This document shows positions 45,074 to 51,209 of a stretch of DNA of 51,209 nucleotides, in pieces. Made by a program: the position numbers and the translations under genes. The DNA is from a virus (Duplodnaviria > Caudoviricetes). The notes beneath the pieces were generated by a model. That model searched no databases, was not told the DNA's origin, and saw only the letters and a list, made by a program, of their open reading frames with translations. The stretch spans positions 1 through 51,209 of the IMG/VR virus record IMGVR_UViG_3300027743_000035. The stretch is one strand, 5' to 3'. Each line of letters starts with the position of its first letter. Position 1 is the stretch's first letter.

Positions 45074-45984
45074 TGTTTCAACCCATAACGGCCACACCAA
45101 TTCCCGCTGCCCACAATACAGGGCCGGGTAATTTCCTATCGCAAATACAGACCGGCTACGTTAAGTCAGGTCAACGAATTGTGATAGCTGGCGTAGAGAA
45201 GGTTGGCAAGACCACCTTAGCCAGTGCTGCGCCCGGTGCATTGCTCATACCATTAGAGCTAGGCTCGGCGGCTATTCCAGTGGCTAAAGTCCCGCTACTA
45301 GACAGTTGGGAAAAGGTTGAGGCATTTTGTGAAGAATTGATTGCGGCTGCTAAGGCTGGTCAGATTGCGCCGGGTAGCTCCCTGTCATGGGATAGCGCGA
45401 CCGCATTAGAAAGATTAATCCATAGCTACGTTCTACGCACCGATAAAGATTATAAAAATGGTGGCGTGACAATGGAAAGCGCACATGGCGGCTATGGTAA
45501 AGCCTATGGTTTAGCAAATGAATTGTTTGAGCGTTGGACGCGCTACATGGACGAGCTAGCCATATACGGCGGTATTAATATTATAATCACCTGTCACGTT
45601 TTCCCAAGTAGAGTTGTTGACCCTGCACATGGCGAGTATGACACTTGGGATTTGCTACTACATTCGCCAAAGAATAATAAAACATATGGCAAACGTGAAT
45701 TTATGACACAATGGGCTGACCTTGTGGCTTTCTTCTACGAACCGATGTTTGTATTAAAGACAGACAACAGTAGTGGCTTCCAGCAAGGTATAAGTGCTAA
45801 TCAGGGGCGTGTTATAGCGGTTGACCGACAACCGGCTTGGGTAGCTGGCAACCGCTATGGCATGACAGGTAAAATACAAATTCCAGCACCGCAACCCGGC
45901 GTGATTGCTAAAGATAGTTGGAACGCATTAGCGGCGGCGATCTGGAACGCGACACAGGGCGGCATTGATGTATGGAGTAGATAA
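45073..45984 (+). CDS. AAA ATPase, Sak4-like ssDNA annealing/recombination protein
   Basis: GVEKVGKTT, WDSATALE, GGYGKAY and QWADLVAF. Confidence 0.85.
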   Translation: MFQPITATPIPAAHNTGPGNFLSQIQTGYVKSGQRIVIAGVEKVGKTTLASAAPGALLIPLELGSAAIPVAKVPLLDSWEKVEAFCEELIAAAKAGQIAPGSSLSWDSATALERLIHSYVLRTDKDYKNGGVTMESAHGGYGKAYGLANELFERWTRYMDELAIYGGINIIITCHVFPSRVVDPAHGEYDTWDLLLHSPKNNKTYGKREFMTQWADLVAFFYEPMFVLKTDNSSGFQQGISANQGRVIAVDRQPAWVAGNRYGMTGKIQIPAPQPGVIAKDSWNALAAAIWNATQGGIDVWSR

Positions 45985-46181
45985 TGGCTAACAATTGGGA
46001 TAAAGCTATAGAGGTTCCTTTTACTGGCATAGTAGGTGGTGGTGTATTACTTTGTAATTCCAATGGTAAAGCCATAGCTCAAGTTATGGTTATGTTCCAT
46101 GATAAAGATATTGATTGCAAAGCACTAACCAATGAAGTTGCTAATCTAATTATAGGAGAAGGCAATGGAACAGCAACTTGA
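45984..46181 (+). CDS. Hypothetical protein
   Basis: TAATG coupling. Confidence 0.6.
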   Translation: MANNWDKAIEVPFTGIVGGGVLLCNSNGKAIAQVMVMFHDKDIDCKALTNEVANLIIGEGNGTAT

Positions 46182-46473
46182 AATGAAAAATTGTGGCGTT
46201 GAAGGTGAACCGGGTGAGCCAGAATTTAAATTATTGGCGCGTGACCCGCTGGCTCCATTTATTGTTGCAATGTGGGCTGCTCTGCGTAAAGGCGATACGG
46301 CTTCTGCCTTGGCTTTATTTTCAGATTGCGTTAGCGATGCTGCTTATAACTACAGACATAATCCTAGTAGTAATTCTAAAGTCAATGGCGCTTCTGAAAT
46401 TGCACAAGAAATGAATAATTGGCGTCACGCTAAGGGACTTCCTATTTTCGGTTTATATACAGTTAAAAGCTAA
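46165..46473 (+). CDS. Hypothetical protein
   Basis: EPEFKLLARDPLAP motif; AGGAG RBS. Confidence 0.7.
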   Translation: MEQQLEMKNCGVEGEPGEPEFKLLARDPLAPFIVAMWAALRKGDTASALALFSDCVSDAAYNYRHNPSSNSKVNGASEIAQEMNNWRHAKGLPIFGLYTVKS

Positions 46474-46646
46474 TGCGTGGTTGCGGCACCGTTTTTAATA
46501 TAAATCCTGTTCCGCTGTCGGCAGAGGAAATTGAAACATTAAATCAACTGGAAAGGATAGCTTCTAAATGGGAATTTCAGGCTAGACATTTACGAGAGCT
46601 TGTGCTTAAGTGCCATGAAGAACAGTCAACAGAAGGGATAGGCGAT

Positions 46647-47429
46647 ATGGTTGCATTTACATTTAATGCTCAACAATTCAGCCCGCGATATGGCGGCGTC
46701 AACGAGCAACTTCCACCGGGTAAGTATAAGGGCGTTCTAGTTAACGCTGAACCTGTTAACACAACTGACCAAGCTGGCAATGTCAAGGGCGGTTATCTGG
46801 CTCTTACGGCAACTCCAATTGAAGGGCCGCTGTCCGGTCAGAAGCATATTGATCGTCTTAATCTGCATCATACCAATCCTAAGACGGTTGAGATTGCTAA
46901 CGAGCAAATGTCGGCTTATTGTCATGTGCTTGGCGTCTATTCAATCCAAGCTACAGAGCAATTGCTTAACATTCCGTTCCTGTTTGAAGTCAACTGGCAA
47001 CGCGGCCAAGAGCCTTCACAAGAACGGCCCAATGGTGGCTTTACCCAAATAACTGCCATTTATGATATTAATGGTAACGCACCGGGTAAAGCTGGTTCTG
47101 GCCCACCGGCTCAAGCACAAAACCCGCCACCGGCTCAACCGCCGATGCAACCCCCGCCACAGCAGCCCGCACCGGCTCAACCGGCACCGCCAGCGCAGCC
47201 GCAGCCACCGGCACAGCCGACACCGGCAGGATGGGGTCAACCGCCAGCCGGTCAGCCTGTCGCGCCTCAACCGCCTCAACAGGCATGGGGAGCGCCAGCC
47301 GGTCAACCGCCAGCACAACAGCCAGCGGCACCGCCAGCAGCGGGTTGGCAACAGCAGCCAGCACAACAGCCGGGAGCTAACCCACAACCACCGGGAGCCG
47401 CGCCGTGGGGCGGGCCACCGGCACAATAA
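46647..47429 (+). CDS. Single-stranded DNA-binding protein (DUF669-like) with a long Pro/Gln-rich tail
   Basis: LPPGKY...DRLNLHHTNPKTVEIA; tail ends APW; start at MVAFTF (GAAGGGA RBS), although the frame is open from 46473. Confidence 0.78.
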   Translation: MVAFTFNAQQFSPRYGGVNEQLPPGKYKGVLVNAEPVNTTDQAGNVKGGYLALTATPIEGPLSGQKHIDRLNLHHTNPKTVEIANEQMSAYCHVLGVYSIQATEQLLNIPFLFEVNWQRGQEPSQERPNGGFTQITAIYDINGNAPGKAGSGPPAQAQNPPPAQPPMQPPPQQPAPAQPAPPAQPQPPAQPTPAGWGQPPAGQPVAPQPPQQAWGAPAGQPPAQQPAAPPAAGWQQQPAQQPGANPQPPGAAPWGGPPAQ

Positions 47430-47436
47430 TTGTAAT

Positions 47437-47473
47437 AAAAAGTCGGGTTTGGCTAATGCCATTCCCGGCTTTT
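47437..47473 (+). terminator. Rho-independent terminator after ssb
   Basis: AAAAGTCGGG...CCCGGCTTTT. Confidence 0.7.
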
Positions 47474-47583
47474 AAACGGGTAGCTAGAAACAGGTAATTA
47501 TAACATTTTACGCCTTCCTAAATGCTGATGTTATAGGTCAAAGCTGAAAACTCTAGCTATCCTTTTAAGGGCCGGGTAAAAAT

Positions 47584-47877
47584 ATGTGGGAAACAATAAA
47601 CGAAAAGGTAATTGTAACATTACCTTTAAGAAAAACTATTTATGTGGAGTGGGATAAGTCCCTTCCTTGCTTTGGTTGTGTTGTTAGACCAAGCGGTGCA
47701 AAGTCTTATATAGTGCAATACTATGAAGGCGGGCGCGGTTCAAAACAAATCAAAATAACATTAGGAAAAGTTGGTTTAATAAGCTACGCTAAAGCTAAAG
47801 AAGCAGCTAAACAAATTCTAATTAAACGAAAACTTGCTAATGTTGGTGCAATCTCTAATACAGATTATTTTGAATGA
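47584..47877 (+). CDS. Stand-alone integrase arm-type DNA-binding domain protein
   Basis: WDKSLPCFGCVVRPSGAKSYIVQY...KITLGKVGLISYAKAKEAA; no catalytic domain follows. Confidence 0.72.
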   Translation: MWETINEKVIVTLPLRKTIYVEWDKSLPCFGCVVRPSGAKSYIVQYYEGGRGSKQIKITLGKVGLISYAKAKEAAKQILIKRKLANVGAISNTDYFE

Positions 47878-48743
47878 TTGACTTAACTGACCACTTGCAG
47901 CGCAAGGCAATTGTTCTGCAAATTGAGAAAGACGTTGACGAGTTTTGTAGGCGGGAGTTTGAAGAAGATCACCGCACACACCTTGGCGCGTCCATAGTCG
48001 GTAACGATTGTCAAGCATATATTTGGAACACCTTTCGCTGGCTTAAATTTGAAGTATTTAATGGCCGGATGCTTAGATTATTCAATCGCGGCCATGAAGA
48101 AGAACGGCGCTTTATTCGCTGGCTAAAGGGCATAGGCTTTGAAGTCTATGAGATTGACCCTAGTAGTGGCAAACAATATAAAATAAGTGGCGTATTTGGT
48201 CACTTCGGCGGCTCGCTTGATAGTGTAGTCTTTGCGCCAAAGCATTATAATATAATTCAACCGCTAGCTTGGCTTGGCGAATTTAAAACACATAATGACA
48301 ATAACTTTCAAAAACTAAAGAAGTATGGTGTAGCGGCGTCTAAGCCACAACACTTCAGGCAAATGTGTTCATACGGCAGAGCCTATGGCTTTGAGTATGG
48401 CTTGTATTGTGCAGTCAATAAGAATGATGATGAATTATATTTTGAAATCGTTGTCCTAGATTATCGCCAAGCTGACGACTTGTTTCGTAAAGCAGAAACC
48501 ATAATCTTAAGCCAAAGTCAACCCCAAAAAATTGCAATGACTGAAACTTATTACGCCTGTAAGACCTGCGATTTTAAAACAATATGCCATCGTGGCGAAA
48601 AGCCTACTAAAAACTGTCGTTCATGCTGGCATAGCACACCGGCTCCTGAAGGTCAATGGCATTGTAACTTATTCAACGATAAAATACCACTTGACTTCAT
48701 TCCTAAAGGGTGCGACAACTGGTTTCCAATCATTAACGGGTAA
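47874..48743 (+). CDS. PD-(D/E)XK exonuclease (Cas4/RecB-like)
   Basis: HLGASIVGNDC, GSLD, GEFKT, QMCSY and CKTCDFKTIC. Confidence 0.85.
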   Translation: MIDLTDHLQRKAIVLQIEKDVDEFCRREFEEDHRTHLGASIVGNDCQAYIWNTFRWLKFEVFNGRMLRLFNRGHEEERRFIRWLKGIGFEVYEIDPSSGKQYKISGVFGHFGGSLDSVVFAPKHYNIIQPLAWLGEFKTHNDNNFQKLKKYGVAASKPQHFRQMCSYGRAYGFEYGLYCAVNKNDDELYFEIVVLDYRQADDLFRKAETIILSQSQPQKIAMTETYYACKTCDFKTICHRGEKPTKNCRSCWHSTPAPEGQWHCNLFNDKIPLDFIPKGCDNWFPIING

Positions 48744-48745
48744 GA

Positions 48746-50428
48746 ATGGCAACGCACGAAAACAGATGGTATCAGCGGGAAGCGGTTGACAGTCTCTTTG
48801 ACTTTTTCCGCGACAATCCCGGCTATGATGCTACAGGGGAAGCTACTGATGCTCACCCCCTTATCTGCTTGCCTACAGGAACGGGTAAGAGCCATGTTAT
48901 AGGCGACTTCACCCGCGAAGCTATGACAACATATCCCGGCACACGGGTTATAATGGCTACTCACGTTAAGGAATTGATTGAACAAAACGCGGCTAAGTTG
49001 CAAGAGGCTTGGCCGTTGGCACCGCTCGGCATTTACTCCGCTGGCTTAGGTAGCCGCGACTTTATGCACCCAATTATCTATGGTGGCGTTCAATCAATGG
49101 TCAAAAAGCCTGAGATATTCGGGCGGCGTGATATTTTAGTAATTGATGAAGCGCACCTGTGTAGTCCGACGCAAGACACTAGCTATCAAAAGCTAATTGC
49201 CGGATTAAAGGTGATGAACCCCTATTTAAAAGTAATAGGACTAACTGCTACTCGTTGGCGGCTCGGCCTTGGCTGTCTGACTAACGGTAATATATTTAGT
49301 GATATTGCTTACGACCTTTGCACAATTGACGGGTTTAACCGGCTTATTGCTGAAGGTTATATCTGTCCGTTAATTCCCAAGCGCACACGCACAGAGCTAG
49401 ATGTTAGCAATGTGGGTATGTTGAATGGTGAATTTAATCCCGGCCAGCTACAGGAAGCCGTTGACAAATACGAAACGACTTACGCGGCTGTCAGTGAGCT
49501 TGTGCAAGAGGGTTATAATAGAAAAAGCTGGCTAGTCTTTGCTTCTGGCATTGACCATGCTGAACACATTGGCGAATTATTAAATACCGCCTTTGGCATT
49601 TCAACCTGCGTCATTCACAGCAAGCGTTCGGATAAAGAAAACAAAGCCAATCTTGATGCTTGGCGGCGTGGCGAATTTCGCTGTGCTGTCAACATGAACG
49701 CGCTAACCACTGGCGTTGACCATCCGGCTATGGACTTGATCGGTATGCTACGGCCTACAATGTCAAGCGGTTTGTGGGTTCAAATGCTTGGCCGTGGCAC
49801 AAGGGTTTATCCCGGCAAAGAAAATTGCTTAGTGCTTGACTTTGCTGGCAATACTCGGCGGCTCGGCCCAATCAATGACCCTGTTATACCGCGCCCGAAA
49901 GGCAAGGGGCCACCCGGCGATGCACCTGTTAAAATCTGCCCCGCTTGTGGCACCTATTGTCATACAACTGCTAAAGTCTGCATCGTTTGCGGCTTTGAGT
50001 TTCCAGTAACAGAGAATATTAATCCAAATGCTGACACGACAGAGCTACTACGTTCTGACTTGCCAGAGGTTGTGCCGTTCAATGTCAAGCACGTTATTCT
50101 AAGCCCGCACCATAGCGAGCATAGCGGCAAGGATAGCATTAAAGTTAGCTATTACTGTGATGGCGTCATACCCCGCACTTTCTACGAATATATCAGCGTG
50201 GAAAGTAGTAGCAGGTATTTTAAACATAAGTCGCGTGACTGGTTCCGCCAACGCTATACTGGCTATCAAGCTTATCAACCCCCTGTTGGCGTTGAATGGG
50301 ATGATGATGTTCCCCGGCATGATAACGCGATAATTGATATGGCAATGTCCGGTCAGTTGCGTCACCCTAGAGTAATTCACGTTTGGACTAACAAACAAAA
50401 GCCAGAGGTATTGCGATATGAATTTTAA
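48746..50428 (+). CDS. SF2 DExH helicase (RadD/YejH-like) with a zinc finger
   Basis: [28 protein letters not shown] and CPAC/CIVC. Confidence 0.92.
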   Translation: MATHENRWYQREAVDSLFDFFRDNPGYDATGEATDAHPLICLPTGTGKSHVIGDFTREAMTTYPGTRVIMATHVKELIEQNAAKLQEAWPLAPLGIYSAGLGSRDFMHPIIYGGVQSMVKKPEIFGRRDILVIDEAHLCSPTQDTSYQKLIAGLKVMNPYLKVIGLTATRWRLGLGCLTNGNIFSDIAYDLCTIDGFNRLIAEGYICPLIPKRTRTELDVSNVGMLNGEFNPGQLQEAVDKYETTYAAVSELVQEGYNRKSWLVFASGIDHAEHIGELLNTAFGISTCVIHSKRSDKENKANLDAWRRGEFRCAVNMNALTTGVDHPAMDLIGMLRPTMSSGLWVQMLGRGTRVYPGKENCLVLDFAGNTRRLGPINDPVIPRPKGKGPPGDAPVKICPACGTYCHTTAKVCIVCGFEFPVTENINPNADTTELLRSDLPEVVPFNVKHVILSPHHSEHSGKDSIKVSYYCDGVIPRTFYEYISVESSSRYFKHKSRDWFRQRYTGYQAYQPPVGVEWDDDVPRHDNAIIDMAMSGQLRHPRVIHVWTNKQKPEVLRYEF

Positions 50429-50660
50429 ACCTGAAACTGACCCGCGCAACGTGGCTATGGAACGACTACAGATCATTGCTCATTTAAGTGACATTGCAAA
50501 GCAAGCATTTGTTGACGAATTAACTAAAGCTACTCGCACCTGTCTTAACTGTGAACACTTTAAAGAAACTGGCGAGCAATGCACTTTATTTAATCAAAGA
50601 CCGCCAGCAAGAATTATTGCTTTTGGCTGCGATGCTTATATTGACAAAGTGCCGTTTTAA
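50418..50660 (+). CDS. Small Cys-rich hypothetical protein
   Basis: CLNCEHF...C...RPPARII..GC...VPF; lies between the helicase and clamp genes. Confidence 0.7.
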   Translation: MNFKPETDPRNVAMERLQIIAHLSDIAKQAFVDELTKATRTCLNCEHFKETGEQCTLFNQRPPARIIAFGCDAYIDKVPF

Positions 50661-51209
50661 TGCGACTACATGACCCTGAAGTATTTGAAGCACACAGGGG
50701 TCGAACCACAGAGCATTTAAATTATATAGCCGGTTTAGCTGGCTGGTCACTTGAAGAAGCAATTGAAAGGAAATGGCAAGTGGAAATAGAAGATAATATT
50801 CCTATCCCGGCTAGCACACCGGCTGCTCCTACTGGCAAAAAGCGTGGGCGTCCACCGGGTAAGAAAAATATTCCAGCCGAAAACACTGCTCTATTAAATG
50901 CAGTTGACTTTATTAGTGTAGTGGAAACCGACGCATTTGAATTTAGCAAGTTTTGTGCAATTCGCGGAATGGCGGCAACAGCCTATTCTAATATATTGTC
51001 GGCTGGCTTCCCGGTTGCTGAAGAATTAAATCTCTGCCCACATATGGATAAGCTGAAGGCGGCTCTTAATCGTTGCGGGCGCACCTTATCTATTAGTGAG
51101 AATAATAACCAACTATCTGTCAAGGGCGACAAGCTACGCGCTCTAGTCCCTTGCTTGGCAGAGCCATTGGCGGCGATCACGCCTGATATGCCAATTATCA
51201 ATGGCGACT
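50660..51209 (+). CDS. Replicative sliding clamp, N-terminal part (runs off the right edge)
   Basis: Not in the ORF track because it has no stop in the window. Hand translation: MRLHDPE...VEIEDNIPIP...KKRGRPPGKK...LLNAVDFIS...CPHMDKLKAAL...LSVKGDKLRALVPCL...PD. Alternative GTG start at 50780. Confidence 0.7.
   Translation, partial: MRLHDPEVFEAHRGRTTEHLNYIAGLAGWSLEEAIERKWQVEIEDNIPIPASTPAAPTGKKRGRPPGKKNIPAENTALLNAVDFISVVETDAFEFSKFCAIRGMAATAYSNILSAGFPVAEELNLCPHMDKLKAALNRCGRTLSISENNNQLSVKGDKLRALVPCLAEPLAAITPDMPIINGD

Noticed and set aside
47090-47426. CCG/CAG-rich repetitive DNA with long overlapping ORFs on both strands
   Set aside because: Explained by the Pro/Gln/Ala tail of the SSB; the overlapping ORFs are shadows of low-complexity codons.
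47584-47877. Functional integrase / temperate lifestyle
   Set aside because: No catalytic R-H-R-Y domain, repressor or att-like context is visible.
47874-48743. Cas4-like nuclease as evidence of a CRISPR system
   Set aside because: No repeat-spacer array or other cas gene is visible; solo Cas4/RecB-like exonucleases are normal in this replication module.

Overview
The window looks like a nearly complete (~51.3 kb) genome of a tailed, probably virulent siphovirus. It is opened inside the sliding-clamp gene, which runs off the right end and resumes at position 1. Plus strand 43.9-51.2 kb and 0-2.9 kb is the replication module: Sak4-like AAA ATPase, SSB, Cas4/RecB-like exonuclease, SF2 helicase, clamp and B-family DNA polymerase, an arrangement like PA73/KL1-type phages. 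Minus strand 26.6-3.1 kb is the morphogenesis module: terminase, portal, an inserted fibre cassette, head, neck, tail tube, frameshifted chaperone, tape measure, and a tail tip ending in a Hint domain. The 26.6-41.2 kb accessory/early region holds tRNA-Gln(UUG), a VRR-NUC nuclease, a muramidase endolysin and many sigma70-type promoters. A primase-helicase lies at 41.2-43.6 kb. Apparent avoidance of GANTC suggests an alphaproteobacterial host (inference). The best candidate for an undescribed system is a self-contained operon at 32.3-33.9 kb encoding two Sec-exported S/Q/N/G-rich proteins that share a peptide motif and are separated by a densely structured RNA spacer. It resembles a curli-like nucleator plus major-subunit amyloid/fibre system. 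All calls come from reading motifs by eye; no database searches were run.
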